The notes beneath the pieces were generated by a model. It saw only the letters and a program-made list of their open reading frames with translations, was not told where the DNA came from and did no database searches. From Croceicoccus sp. (GTDB lineage: Bacteria; Pseudomonadota; Alphaproteobacteria; Sphingomonadales; Sphingomonadaceae), in NCBI GenBank assembly GCA_029936705.1, contig JAPYSD010000001.1, forward strand, positions 819-64,818: a stretch of 64,000 nt of DNA, written 5' to 3'. Below, one piece after another: positions 9,506-20,264 of the stretch. The number at the start of each line of letters is the position of its first letter. Positions within the stretch are counted from its first letter, which is position 1. The translations under genes were made by a program, and so were the position numbers.

Positions 9506-10723
9506 ATGACCGAAGTTTTCGAGATCAACATCCGGCACCTGCGCGGGCTGGTGGCCATCCGCGAACACGGCAGTATCACCGCGGCAGGTTCGCTGGTGAA
9601 CCTTTCCCAACCCGCCCTGACACAAGGCATTGCCAAGCTTGAACGCCAGTTCGGCTATACGCTGTTCGAACGGCGTTCTGGCGGCATGATCCCCACCGCC
9701 ATGGGTCGCATCGTGATCGAACGGACAGAGGCCGCGCTGAAACATCTGGCCGACAGCGCCCAAGGCCTGACCAATGTGTTCAACAATCCCGAACGGCTCA
9801 TGACGATGACGCAGCTGCGCGCCTTTCTGGCGCTTGCGGATGCCGGCAGCTTTGCCGAAGCAGCGCGCAGCATTGCCATATCGCAAACGGCTGTCCATCG
9901 CGCGGTGGGCGATCTGGAGCTGGTCATCGGCACCGATCTGGTCGAACGACGCGGACGGGCAGTGTGGCTGAATGCAGCAGGCAAAAAGCTTGCGCGCGGG
10001 TCGCGGCTTGCCGTTGCCGAAATTCAGGCGGCGCTGGTCGATCTCGCGCTCGACAGCGACAGCCGCAGCGAAATGATCTCCTTCGGCGCGCTGCCGCTCG
10101 CTCGCCCCTATATCGTGCCGCGCGCCATGGCCGATATCGCCAAGGAAGTGCCAAAGGCGTCGTTCAAGGTACTGGAAGGCAGCTGGAGCGAGCTTGTGGA
10201 GCCGCTGCGCGATGGCGCCATCGACATGATCGTGGGTGCACTTCGCCCCCACGAGATCGCCGATCTATATCAGCGTCCGCTTATCGAGGACCTTCTGGTC
10301 GTCGCCGCCGGCAGCCAGCACCCGCTTGCATCGGTGGAAAGGCCGACCATGGACCAGCTGCGGTCCTATCCATGGATCGTGGCGCCCGCCGACGCCCCGC
10401 TCAGGGCACATTGGGAACGGTTCTTTGCCGAAGGGCCAAGGCCCGAAACGCAGATCGAATGCGGATCGGTGATGATCATTGGCCGCCTGCTGACCTACTC
10501 GAACCTGCTGACGCTATTGTCGCCCGATCAGGTCGCGCTGCAGATCCGCAGCGGGCTTTTGACGCAGATTGGCAAGCCGCTGGAAGGCAGCCGCCGCATG
10601 GTGGGGATCACCACGCGGCGCAGCTGGCGACCCACAGCGACCCAGCGCCTGTTCTTCGAAAAGCTGGAAGAGGCCGCGCGCGAACGCACATCCAACCCCG
10701 ATCTCACGGGCACGTGGATCTGA
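9506..10723 (+). CDS. LysR-family regulator with tandem HTH domains (GalR/LigR-like architecture)
   Basis: Two LysR HTHs (GSITAAGSLVNLSQPALTQGIAKLE and GSFAEAARSIAISQTAVHRAVGDLE), then a substrate-binding domain. Confidence 0.9.
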   Translation: MTEVFEINIRHLRGLVAIREHGSITAAGSLVNLSQPALTQGIAKLERQFGYTLFERRSGGMIPTAMGRIVIERTEAALKHLADSAQGLTNVFNNPERLMTMTQLRAFLALADAGSFAEAARSIAISQTAVHRAVGDLELVIGTDLVERRGRAVWLNAAGKKLARGSRLAVAEIQAALVDLALDSDSRSEMISFGALPLARPYIVPRAMADIAKEVPKASFKVLEGSWSELVEPLRDGAIDMIVGALRPHEIADLYQRPLIEDLLVVAAGSQHPLASVERPTMDQLRSYPWIVAPADAPLRAHWERFFAEGPRPETQIECGSVMIIGRLLTYSNLLTLLSPDQVALQIRSGLLTQIGKPLEGSRRMVGITTRRSWRPTATQRLFFEKLEEAARERTSNPDLTGTWI

Positions 10724-10741
10724 CCCACGCGCCCTGTCGGA

Positions 10742-12223
10742 TCAGTCGAGGTTGATCCAGACCGCCTTCGTTTCCAGATATTCCTCGATGTGATGCGGGC
10801 CGGACTCGCGCCCGAATCCGCTCAACTTATATCCGCCGAAAGGAACGCCAGGGTCGAGCATCTGGTAGCAGTTAACCCAGACCGAACCGGCCTTGATGCC
10901 GCGCGCCATCTTATGCGCGGTGGCAAGATTGCTGGTCCACACGCCGCTGCCAAGGCCGAAGCTTGTCGCATTGGCACGGGTCAGCACCTCATCGACCGTG
11001 TCGAAGGAAAAAGCCGATAGGACCGGCCCGAAGATCTCTTCGCGCGCAATCGTCATACCGTCGGTGACATTGCCAAAAATGGTGGGTTCGATGAAATAGC
11101 CCGCGTCATATCCTTCGCCCGCCTTGCGCGCACCGCCCAACAGCGGGCTGGCGCCCTCACCCTCGGCCCCGTCGATGAAAGAAAGGATGCGCTCCATCTG
11201 CGCCTGAGACACGACCGGACCGATCTGTGTTTCGGGGTCAAGCGGATCGCCAACGCGAATGGTGCGGCTGTGTTCGACAAGACGCTCCATGAATTCATCG
11301 TGGATCGAGGACTGGACGAACAGGCGCGTTCCCGCGCTGCAGATCTGGCCGGCATTGGCAAAGACCGCATTGGCCGCGGCCGGCACCGCCTTGTCGAGAT
11401 TGGCATCGGCAAAGACGATATTGGGCGATTTGCCACCCAGTTCGACGGTGACTCGCTTCATCGTCGGGGCCGCAGCCTCGATAATTTTCTGACCCACGCC
11501 GGTCGAACCGGTGAACGCGATCTTGTCGACATCGGGATGGGCGGAAAGCGCCGCGCCCGCATCGCCAAGGCCGGTGACGACATTGATGACGCCATCGGGT
11601 ACGCCCGCCTCAAGGCACAGCTCGGCAAAGCGCAGCGCCGACAACGGCGTCTGTTCGGCAGGTTTCATCACCAGCGTGCAACCTGTGGCGAGGACAGGGC
11701 CGGACTTCCATACCGACATGCCGATGGGTCCGTTCCACGGGTTGATCGCGGCGACCACGCCGATCGGCTCTTTCAGCGTATGGCTCAGCACATCGCCGGG
11801 TACCGAATTGGACAGCGTCTCGCCCGAAATCAGCGTGGCCTGCCCGGCATAATAGCGCAGCAATGCGCCCGCCCTGACCTTGCCCAGCCGCGTACGCGAT
11901 AGCGGCGCGCCAAGGTCCAGCGTGTCGAGCATGGCAAGCTCGTCCCAGTTCTCTTCGACCAGATCGGCAAGGCGCAGCATGATCGCCTGCCGCTCGGCGG
12001 GCTTCATCCGGCTCCACGGGCCGCTCAACGCCTCTCGCGCGGCTTTCACGGCGCGGTCGACATCTTCGGCGCCGCCCTGCGCGACATTGGCCAGCAGTTC
12101 GCCCGTGGCAGGATTGCGTGTTTCGAAACGCTGGCCGGAAACGGCGGGCACGCGCTTGCCGCTGATCAGCATGTCCTGATCGCGCTTCGCAATGACCGAG
12201 GTGATGGGCGTGTTTGCGTTCAT
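10742..12223 (-). CDS. NAD(P)-dependent aldehyde dehydrogenase
   Basis: PWNGP, FTGSTGVG, ELGGKSP, catalytic GQICSAG, EEIFGPV. Confidence 0.95.
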   Translation of the reverse strand: MNANTPITSVIAKRDQDMLISGKRVPAVSGQRFETRNPATGELLANVAQGGAEDVDRAVKAAREALSGPWSRMKPAERQAIMLRLADLVEENWDELAMLDTLDLGAPLSRTRLGKVRAGALLRYYAGQATLISGETLSNSVPGDVLSHTLKEPIGVVAAINPWNGPIGMSVWKSGPVLATGCTLVMKPAEQTPLSALRFAELCLEAGVPDGVINVVTGLGDAGAALSAHPDVDKIAFTGSTGVGQKIIEAAAPTMKRVTVELGGKSPNIVFADANLDKAVPAAANAVFANAGQICSAGTRLFVQSSIHDEFMERLVEHSRTIRVGDPLDPETQIGPVVSQAQMERILSFIDGAEGEGASPLLGGARKAGEGYDAGYFIEPTIFGNVTDGMTIAREEIFGPVLSAFSFDTVDEVLTRANATSFGLGSGVWTSNLATAHKMARGIKAGSVWVNCYQMLDPGVPFGGYKLSGFGRESGPHHIEEYLETKAVWINLD

Positions 12224-13887
12224 AACTGAAGCTCCGTTTCTGCAACCCGGACCGTTTCGGCCGCTTGCGAATTATGCGATTTGCGCTCTTCCAGAATGAA
12301 ATCGGCGGCGCGCTGGGCGATCATCATCGTGGGCGCGCTGGTATTGCCGCTGATGATAGAGGGCATGACCGAGGCATCGATCACGCGCAGCCCGTCGATC
12401 CCGTGCACCCTCAACCGGTCGTCGACCACGGCTAGCGGATCGCTGGCAGGCCCCATCTTGCAGGTGCCGGTGGGGTGATAGGCAGTATTGACGATCTTGC
12501 GCAGCGCCTTGTCGAGCGCTTCGTCGCTGACATGCTCGGCCCCAGGCTCGATCTCCTTGCCGCGCATGGCGGCCAGCGCAGGTTGCGCAAAAATGCGCCG
12601 CGCCTCGCGGAAACCGGCGATAAGCGTTGCCATGTCGCGCGGATCGTCAAAGAAATTGGGCTCGATGATCGGCTTGTCCTCGGCCCTGTTGCTCGCCAGC
12701 CGCACGCGCCCCTCGCTATTGGGGCGAAGTAGCTGGATCAGCGCCATGAAGCCATGGTCGCTGGGCACCACGCGGGCATTGCCCTTCAACCCGACCAGGA
12801 AGGTCATCTGGATATCGGGCCTGCCGCTGCCGTCGGTGCAGACGAAGCCGCCGCACTCCGCCACGTTCGAAGCGAACATGCCTTCGCGTTTCAAAGCATA
12901 TTTGAACGGCGCGAAGGCATTGCGGGCCAGCGCCGAACGCGAGTTTGCATAGGATTCCCCCGTCGGATTTTCAACCGAGATATGCACGGTGGGATGATCT
13001 TGCAGATGCGCGCCGACGCCCGGAAGATGGTGTGCCGGCTCGACGCCCACCTTGACCAGATCATCCCTGTCGCCAATGCCCGAGAGCATCAACAGATGCG
13101 GCGAATTTGTCGCGCCCGCGCTGACTAGCACTTCGCTTTTGGCGGTCATGATCTCGCGCTTGCCTTCGCGCTCGATCTCGATCCCGGTGGCGCGGCCATC
13201 ATTGATGATGATGCGCCGTACCAGCGTTTCATCGAAAACGCTGAGGTTCGGTCGTCCAAGTGCCGGGTGGAGGAAAGCGCGGGCCGCCGAAAGGCGCGTC
13301 CCGCGCCGCTGGTTCAGATCATAGCGCCCAAAGCCATCCTTGCGCTCGGCCGCGAAATCCTCGTTGTGGTAATGCCCCGCCTCTACTGCGGCGTCGATGA
13401 TCGCGGTGGTGATCGGGTTGAAAGATGCCGGTTTCTCGACATCCAGTTCCGCACCCTTGCCGTGCCAAGGCTTGTCAGGGCCGTGGTAGTTTTCAAGCCG
13501 CTTGAAGACGGGAAGCACATCGTCCCAGCCCCAGCCGGGATTGCCCGCCTGCACCCAGCCGGCGTAATCTTCTTCCTGCCCGCGAATATAGACGCCGCCA
13601 TTGATCGCACTGCACCCGCCGAAAAGCTTGCCGCGCGGAAAGCCGATGACGCGCCCGTCGATCGCATCGCCGCCGGTTAACTGCTGCTGCCAGTTGTAAC
13701 GGGCATGCGGGATCAGGAAGATATTGCCGACCGGCATGATCGTCTTGATATTGACCGGCCATCTGCGATCGGACGGTCCCGCCTCGATCAGGGCAACCGA
13801 TATGGCGGGATCGGCAGACAGGCGGTTGGCCAACACGCTGCCACCGGGACCCGAACCGATGACGATATAATCGAAACTGTGCGTCAC
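12220..13887 (-). CDS. GMC oxidoreductase (FAD-dependent alcohol dehydrogenase/oxidase)
   Basis: DYIVIGSGPGG, RGKLFGGCSAING, LQDH, YHPTGTCKMG, GNTSAPTMMIA. Confidence 0.95.
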   Translation of the reverse strand: MTHSFDYIVIGSGPGGSVLANRLSADPAISVALIEAGPSDRRWPVNIKTIMPVGNIFLIPHARYNWQQQLTGGDAIDGRVIGFPRGKLFGGCSAINGGVYIRGQEEDYAGWVQAGNPGWGWDDVLPVFKRLENYHGPDKPWHGKGAELDVEKPASFNPITTAIIDAAVEAGHYHNEDFAAERKDGFGRYDLNQRRGTRLSAARAFLHPALGRPNLSVFDETLVRRIIINDGRATGIEIEREGKREIMTAKSEVLVSAGATNSPHLLMLSGIGDRDDLVKVGVEPAHHLPGVGAHLQDHPTVHISVENPTGESYANSRSALARNAFAPFKYALKREGMFASNVAECGGFVCTDGSGRPDIQMTFLVGLKGNARVVPSDHGFMALIQLLRPNSEGRVRLASNRAEDKPIIEPNFFDDPRDMATLIAGFREARRIFAQPALAAMRGKEIEPGAEHVSDEALDKALRKIVNTAYHPTGTCKMGPASDPLAVVDDRLRVHGIDGLRVIDASVMPSIISGNTSAPTMMIAQRAADFILEERKSHNSQAAETVRVAETELQL

Positions 13888-15233
13888 GCAGGTCTCTCCT
13901 GATTGCGGTCAAGCCGCGGAATATGGCTTCGCACGATCAGAAACCCGATCGCATTGACCAGCATCAGCACAGCCAGCGCGCCGAAGAACATCTGCGCGCC
14001 GCCGCCGATAAGCCATGCGCCGGCCACCGCACTGACAATGGCGCCTGCGCGCCCGGACACGCCCATGGTGCCAAGCCCGCGCGCCCTGACGCCGGTGGGG
14101 AATGCATGGGCGCCCACGGCGAACATGGCCGATTGCGCGGCGCTGGCGAACAGGCCCATAGCGACCAGCAGGCCCAGCATGGCGTTCTCGTTGCCACCTG
14201 CGCCCATCGGCAAGATCGCCAGCGCGGTGCAAACCAGCGTGCCGATAAGCGCCATGGTGACAAGTGTAATGCGCGAACCCAGCTTGATGATGGCGAAGGA
14301 TGCCAGCATCGCGCCGATCACCCCGCCCATGTTGAAACTGGTCAAGCCAAGGCTGGCCAGTTTCAGGTCATAGCCGCTGGTCGTCAGCAAAGTGGGGGCC
14401 CAGTTGAACATCAGGTAGATCATGAACATGCCCGAAAACATCGCCAGCGCGAGTGCGAGCGTATCGCGCAGATGCGCCGCGCCAAACAGCGCGGAAAACG
14501 GCATTTTTTCAACCTCTCCGCCCGCGCCCTGCGCCTTTAGCGAAGCGGGATCGGGATGGCCGATGCGCGTCATCACCTTTTCGAATTCGACCCGGCGCTT
14601 ACCGCTGTCCAGCAGATATTGCGGGGATTCCGGCAGGACGAGTAGAAGATAGAGAACGAAGGCTATGGTGATCGCGCCGCCCAAATAGAAGAGCCAGCGC
14701 CAGCCGAGCGAAGGCAGGATCGCCGCCGCCGCAAGACCGCCCAGCACGCCACCAATCGATACGCAGACGACGCCGAAAGTCACCGCCTGGCTACGCCAGC
14801 GCGCAGGCGTGAATTCCGCGATCATGGCCGACGCCGTACCGGGTACGCCGCCAAGCCCTGCGCCAGCCAGGAACTTGAGCACTGCGACCTGCCACAGCGC
14901 GGTAGAAAATCCGGTCAGCAAGGTGGCAATGCCGAATAGTGACACGCCGATCAGCAATGCCCCTCGCCTGCCGACAAGATCGCCGATCACGCCCGAGACC
15001 AGCGTGCCGATCGCCATGCCCACAAAGCCCAGTGCAAAGACCATGCCCAGCGTATCCCGGCTGATGTCCCATTCGGCAATCAGCGATGGCGCGGCAAGGC
15101 CCAGCATCTGGTTGTCGAGCCCGTCGAGCACGACGGTCGCCGCGATCATCAGCACCGACCATATCTGGTAATAGGACAGCGGCAGGGCATCGAGAAAACC
15201 GCCCTGCTGATTGCTGCTCAGCGAAACTGCCAA
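13884..15233 (-). CDS. MFS transporter, aromatic acid:H+ symporter (PcaK/BenK-like)
   Basis: VLDGLDNQ, GVIGDLVGRR, MIAEFTPARWR and many TM segments; TTG start after AGGAGAG. Confidence 0.9.
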   Translation of the reverse strand: MAVSLSSNQQGGFLDALPLSYYQIWSVLMIAATVVLDGLDNQMLGLAAPSLIAEWDISRDTLGMVFALGFVGMAIGTLVSGVIGDLVGRRGALLIGVSLFGIATLLTGFSTALWQVAVLKFLAGAGLGGVPGTASAMIAEFTPARWRSQAVTFGVVCVSIGGVLGGLAAAAILPSLGWRWLFYLGGAITIAFVLYLLLVLPESPQYLLDSGKRRVEFEKVMTRIGHPDPASLKAQGAGGEVEKMPFSALFGAAHLRDTLALALAMFSGMFMIYLMFNWAPTLLTTSGYDLKLASLGLTSFNMGGVIGAMLASFAIIKLGSRITLVTMALIGTLVCTALAILPMGAGGNENAMLGLLVAMGLFASAAQSAMFAVGAHAFPTGVRARGLGTMGVSGRAGAIVSAVAGAWLIGGGAQMFFGALAVLMLVNAIGFLIVRSHIPRLDRNQERPA

Positions 15234-15301
15234 AATCCTCTCTCCTGCGTTGGAACCGGCCGGCCGCTTTGCGGCTCTATCAAACCGGGATCGATGCTCT
15301 G

Positions 15302-16321
15302 TTAGATGTCGAGCACCAATTTCGATGAGCACGAGCCGGAGCAGCAGACCATCACCGAAGTGTTTGCCGCCTTCTCTTCGTCGGTCAGGAAGTGGTCGCG
15401 GTGATCGGGCACGCCGTCCAGCACCTTGACCTGACAGGTGCCGCACACGCCTTCCGAACAGGCAAAGCCGATATCGACACCCGCCGTCAGCAGCGCATCG
15501 AGCATGGTCTCGCCTTCGGCCACGGTAATGGTCTTGCCGCTGCGCGTCAGTTCAAGCGCATAGCCGCCATCGGTCGCGATTTCGGTATCGGCCGAGAAAT
15601 ATTCGATATGGACGTTCTCGGAAGGACGCCCCTTGTTAAGCGCGACGAAGGCATCCAGCATCCCGCCCGGACCACAGCAATACAGATGGGCATCGCCGGG
15701 CGCGCTTTCGCTCAGCCCTGCAAGGTCGAGCTTTGCCCCGCCCTCGATCCCGTCGAACACGATCTTGGCATTGGGAAAAGCGGCGATCCGATCGACGTAG
15801 GCCGCACGGTCAGGCGTCGCGGCCACGTAATGCAACTCCCAACTCTTTCCCAGATCCTCAAGCCGCGCGATCATCGGCAGCATCGGGGTAACGCCGATTC
15901 CGCCCGCGATCAGCACGGTATGCGCGGCATCTTCGTTCATCGGGAAATTGTTCTTCGGCGCCGAAATCTCGACGATTTCGCCCACGCGCCACACCTCGTG
16001 AATGTGGCGCGATCCGCCGCGGCTGTCGATCGCATGGTGGACCGCGATTTCGTAATAGCGGCGTTCTTTCGGATCGTTGACCAGCGAGTAGCTGCGGGTC
16101 AGACCCGGCTTGAGCTGGACATCGACATGCGCGCCCGGTTCGAATGCGGGCATGTCCTGCCCGTCGAGCGTGGTCAGGAAGTAGGAGTTGATCCCGTCCG
16201 CTTCCCATTCGATCTTCTTGATTCTGGCTTTCATGGTACTTCCTTGCCCATACGCAGGCGTGTCGTCGATCTCGGGGGTCTCGACCTCGCCCGCGTATTG
16301 CATGTCCTCTACATCTCGCAT
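15302..16321 (-). CDS. PDR/VanB-family oxidoreductase (FMN, NADH, C-terminal 2Fe-2S)
   Basis: RSYSL, SRGGS, IAGGIGVTP, YCCGP, CSEGVCGTC...CCS. Confidence 0.95.
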   Translation of the reverse strand: MRDVEDMQYAGEVETPEIDDTPAYGQGSTMKARIKKIEWEADGINSYFLTTLDGQDMPAFEPGAHVDVQLKPGLTRSYSLVNDPKERRYYEIAVHHAIDSRGGSRHIHEVWRVGEIVEISAPKNNFPMNEDAAHTVLIAGGIGVTPMLPMIARLEDLGKSWELHYVAATPDRAAYVDRIAAFPNAKIVFDGIEGGAKLDLAGLSESAPGDAHLYCCGPGGMLDAFVALNKGRPSENVHIEYFSADTEIATDGGYALELTRSGKTITVAEGETMLDALLTAGVDIGFACSEGVCGTCQVKVLDGVPDHRDHFLTDEEKAANTSVMVCCSGSCSSKLVLDI

Positions 16322-16398
16322 CGTTCTCTCCCGAAACGACGGATCTTCACCGGCCCCGAAATTTGCTGACCGGAAACTGGAGCCGAAGCCGTGGGGCC

Positions 16399-17712
16399 TT
16401 ATTCGGCCGCCTCGACCTCCTTGCCCCAGCGCGTTGCCTTGGACAGCGCGGTTTCATAGGCACCGGCAAGGCTGTCATCGGGGTTATGCAGGAAGGAACC
16501 GGCTCGCGCATTGTAGAACACTTCCGGTTCCTGCGCGCCGGGTGCGAGCGCCTTGCCTTCGGCCACGGCGCGCGCGGCCATCAAAACCCGGCGACGGACA
16601 CGCGCGATCATCTGGTCGGTCGGGGCCAGGTTTTCAAAGCTGTGGTCGGTGATCGGCCCCATGCTCTCGGTCACGGCCTGATCCTGCATGGTGATGTTCG
16701 GAATGCCGGTGAACTGGGTGCCGTTGCGCTGGGAATCGCGGTCGATCGCCCAATCGTTCGTTTCGCTGTCGGTCGAGCGCCAGCGGCCGTACCAGTCGGT
16801 GGTGTTGGGCGCATAGCTGATCACGTCGAACAGCGGCGTGCCGTCCTTCAGCGTCGAGGTATAGGCAGGGTTGCCCGCATCGCTGCCGCAGGTGATGTCG
16901 AACAGCATCGAGTGTTCATCGTCGATCGGAACCCAAGCGCGGGCGATGGCGCGGGTGGCAAAGCGATTATTGGGTGTCTGCGTCCAGAACGGGAACATGT
17001 AATGCGCCACGCGCCATGACATCTGCCCGTCGTCGTTCGGACGATAGCCGCCATACATCACGCCCCAGTCGGACTGCGCGACTTCATATTCCGGCGCGCG
17101 GTTGAGGACGGTCGGACGCATCGGGTGATCCTCGTCCAGATCCTCGGCCTTCAAGGAACCGACGTGGAGGAAGCCGACATGGCTGGTGTCGATGTCGCCT
17201 TCCAGCGCCTGGAGCCAGTTGCAGTCGCGCTGCAGGCACCAGATCTCGGCATCGGGATGCATCGCAGCCTCGATCTGCGGGTGCGGCGGAGGATTGTCCT
17301 GATCGGCACCCATGTACACCCAGATCAGTCCATTCGCCTCATAGGTCTTGTAGGCCTTGGCGTGGACACGCTCCTTGAAGTCCATGCGGGCAGGAACCGA
17401 GGGCATGTCGACGCACTTGCCGTCAACGTCGAATTTCCAGCCATGATAGACACAGCGAATACCACTTTCCTCGTTACGGCCGATGAAGAGCGAGGCGCAG
17501 CGGTGCGGGCAGCGGTGGTCCATTATGCCGACGCGGCCTTTGCTGTCACGGAAGGCAATCAGCTTTTCGCACATGATCATCAAGCGAACCGGATCGCCAT
17601 CGGCTACCAGCTCCGATGAAAGGCAAGCCGGCACCCAATATTGGCGCATGAATGTACCCATGACGGTGCCCGGGCCCACGCGGGTCAGGTCTTCGCTGTC
17701 CTTGGTCTGCAT
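16399..17712 (-). CDS. Rieske oxygenase, phthalate 4,5-dioxygenase/LigXa-like family
   Basis: LTRVGPGTVMG..MRQYW, Rieske CPH...CVYH, EGDIDTSHVGFLH, QDQAVTESMG. Confidence 0.92.
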   Translation of the reverse strand: MQTKDSEDLTRVGPGTVMGTFMRQYWVPACLSSELVADGDPVRLMIMCEKLIAFRDSKGRVGIMDHRCPHRCASLFIGRNEESGIRCVYHGWKFDVDGKCVDMPSVPARMDFKERVHAKAYKTYEANGLIWVYMGADQDNPPPHPQIEAAMHPDAEIWCLQRDCNWLQALEGDIDTSHVGFLHVGSLKAEDLDEDHPMRPTVLNRAPEYEVAQSDWGVMYGGYRPNDDGQMSWRVAHYMFPFWTQTPNNRFATRAIARAWVPIDDEHSMLFDITCGSDAGNPAYTSTLKDGTPLFDVISYAPNTTDWYGRWRSTDSETNDWAIDRDSQRNGTQFTGIPNITMQDQAVTESMGPITDHSFENLAPTDQMIARVRRRVLMAARAVAEGKALAPGAQEPEVFYNARAGSFLHNPDDSLAGAYETALSKATRWGKEVEAAE

Positions 17713-17842
17713 TTGATCCTCACAGTTTCTGGTTCTGTCATTGTGCTGGGCCGACCCCCGGTCGCCCCCCGCTTGCACCCGGATGTCCGGACGGCATTTC
17801 GATTCCGAGCTAAATGTTCTGCCGCCACAGCCCCAATCGGAA

Positions 17843-17857
17843 TATGGTTGTACCATT
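17843..17857. promoter_or_regulatory. FadR/GntR-type operator (copy 4)
   Basis: TATGGTTGTACCATT between divergent Rieske oxygenase and TonB receptor genes. Confidence 0.65.
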
Positions 17858-17957
17858 CGAAAATAGGGACGATGCTATTGCTATTATTTCTCTTCATCGC
17901 TCTTTCTTCGCTCCAGAACACAATCGTTCAATCGGCTTCAGGGAGAGAAGACCAGAA

Positions 17958-20243
17958 ATGAAGAACTATATTCAGACACTTACGTCATGCCTTGCCATCG
18001 CGGCCTGCTTTGCCACGCCCGCATTCGCACAGGACGCACCAACCACGGCATCATCGGATTCGGTAGGTGATGAGGACTCCGATCAGATGACTGAGGGGCC
18101 TGTCCGCCGGGACGACACGCAGGAAATCATCGTGACCGCTCAACGCCGCGAATCGACTGTGCGCGACGTTCCCTTCTCGATCGCTGCGTTCGGCGGCGCG
18201 GACCTTGCCGAACAGCAGGTCTTCAGCCCGACCGCGCTCACCACCGAGCTTCCCGGCATCACCGTCAACACGTCTGACAAGTCGCTTTCGATCCTTTCGA
18301 TCCGCGGCAATGTGTCGACCTTTCGCACCGCGACACTCGACACGCCCGTCGCCTATTTCCAGGATGACATCTATTACGTGTTCAACAACGACCTGAACGC
18401 GAACTTCTATGACGTTAACCGTGTCGAGGTGCTGCGCGGGCCGCAGGGCACGCTGTTCGGCCGCAACGTCGTGGGTGGCGCCATCGCGGTCGTGACGAAC
18501 AACCCCGAATTTGGCGACGAGTATTCGTTGCAGGTCACCGGCGGCAATGGCGGCTATTTCCGCACCGAAGGCGTCGTCAACGGCACCGTCGTGGAAGACA
18601 AGCTGGCCGCCCGCTTCGCATTCTCGACCGAGCGCTCCGACGGTTTGATCAAGACCCCCAACCAGCCCGGCAATTACGGCGAGACCGATGGCTATGCCAT
18701 GCGCGGCAAACTGCTGTTCACCCCGACAGACACGCTCGAGATCGTTCTGGCTGGGGATTATTCCTATACCAAGGGCAATGCCGGTTCGATCCAGCTGGGC
18801 ATTGGCGGCGATCAGGTTGTGCCCGATACCTTCGGCGATTTCACCAATGACGAGTGGACGAACAACGACTACGCCCCCTCACCATACAGGCAGCGCCTGC
18901 GGGGCGGTTACCTGCGCGGTGATCTTGACCTGATGGGCGGTACGCTGACCGCGATCACCGGCTATCGCATGAATGACAGCCACGCGATCAACGACGACAT
19001 TCCCGTCGGAACGGTCGTGCCCGTTTTCGACCGTCGGCAGGACGTAAAGAATCGCAGCTTCACGCAGGAACTGCGTTATGCGTCCGCACCCAATCGCCTG
19101 TCCTATGTGGCGGGCGTCTATTACCTCAACGCCGATGTCTCGACGACGAACATCTTCTATTACAGCCCGCTGCCAGAAAGCGTGTTCGACGGACGCATCC
19201 GCACCAACCCGGATGTCTCGAACATCACCCGCGTTCAGGACGGCAAGGTCAAGTCCTACGCAATCTTCGGAGAACTGACCTTCGAAGTAACCGACCGAAT
19301 CTCGGTCGTTGCCGGTGGCCGTTACACGAAAGACAAGAAGTCGATCGACTACCGCGCCTTTTCGACCACCGATCCTGATGGCATCCCCGGCCTTGGCTTT
19401 CCGGGCGACGTCGAAGCCTCGGGCGGTGAAAGCTGGGACGCGTTCACTCCGCGCTTCACCGTCAAGTACGAGCCGATGGATGGCGTGAACCTGTATGCGA
19501 CCTATGCCAAGGGCTTCAAATCGGGCGGCTTTGTCGACAACGCCTATCTGAACCCGACCATCCCGCTCGATCCAGAAAAGGCCCGCAACTACGAAATCGG
19601 CGCAAAGACCCGGCTGTTCGGCAACATGCTCGACCTTAATGTCGCGCTGTTCGACCAGACAACGAAGGACTTGCAGAACTTCTCGGGCGCAGGCGGCGTG
19701 GCGCACACGTTTAACGGCACGCTGAAGATGCAGGGCATGGAACTTGAATCGAAGCTGCGTCCGGTGCCGGGTCTTCAGTTCACTTTCAATTACACCTACC
19801 TCGATGGCGAATATACCTCGCTGTACGACCCGCTGGTCGATGTCGATTATTCGGGCAATCCCGCGAAATATGCGCCTAAGCACTCGTTCCTGGCGCGCGC
19901 CAAATATGATGCCTATCTGCCCAATGGCGCGATCCTCACGCCGCAGGTGGAATTCAACTATTCCTCGCGCATCTCGACCGACGACGCGAACAACCTCTCG
20001 ACCTGGCAGAACCTCTATAATGACACGCGCGGGCGCACGCTCAATGCGCGTCTCAACTACGAGAGTGCCGACGGTCACTGGAATCTGGGCCTGTGGGGCA
20101 AGAATCTCACCAACAATTACCAGATCATGCATGCCGACGACATTACGGCCTTCCTCGTCGTGCCGACGGGGCAGACCCGGTACTGGAAAATCTTCACTAA
20201 CACCCCGCGCACCTATGGCCTGACGCTGGGCTACAAGTACTAA
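17958..20243 (+). CDS. TonB-dependent receptor
   Basis: Signal peptide ending AFA, EIIVTAQRR, RVEVLRGPQGTLFGRN, C-terminal PRTYGLTLGYKY. Confidence 0.95.
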   Translation: MKNYIQTLTSCLAIAACFATPAFAQDAPTTASSDSVGDEDSDQMTEGPVRRDDTQEIIVTAQRRESTVRDVPFSIAAFGGADLAEQQVFSPTALTTELPGITVNTSDKSLSILSIRGNVSTFRTATLDTPVAYFQDDIYYVFNNDLNANFYDVNRVEVLRGPQGTLFGRNVVGGAIAVVTNNPEFGDEYSLQVTGGNGGYFRTEGVVNGTVVEDKLAARFAFSTERSDGLIKTPNQPGNYGETDGYAMRGKLLFTPTDTLEIVLAGDYSYTKGNAGSIQLGIGGDQVVPDTFGDFTNDEWTNNDYAPSPYRQRLRGGYLRGDLDLMGGTLTAITGYRMNDSHAINDDIPVGTVVPVFDRRQDVKNRSFTQELRYASAPNRLSYVAGVYYLNADVSTTNIFYYSPLPESVFDGRIRTNPDVSNITRVQDGKVKSYAIFGELTFEVTDRISVVAGGRYTKDKKSIDYRAFSTTDPDGIPGLGFPGDVEASGGESWDAFTPRFTVKYEPMDGVNLYATYAKGFKSGGFVDNAYLNPTIPLDPEKARNYEIGAKTRLFGNMLDLNVALFDQTTKDLQNFSGAGGVAHTFNGTLKMQGMELESKLRPVPGLQFTFNYTYLDGEYTSLYDPLVDVDYSGNPAKYAPKHSFLARAKYDAYLPNGAILTPQVEFNYSSRISTDDANNLSTWQNLYNDTRGRTLNARLNYESADGHWNLGLWGKNLTNNYQIMHADDITAFLVVPTGQTRYWKIFTNTPRTYGLTLGYKY

Positions 20244-20264
20244 GTCAAGGAACTGGAGCGCGAC

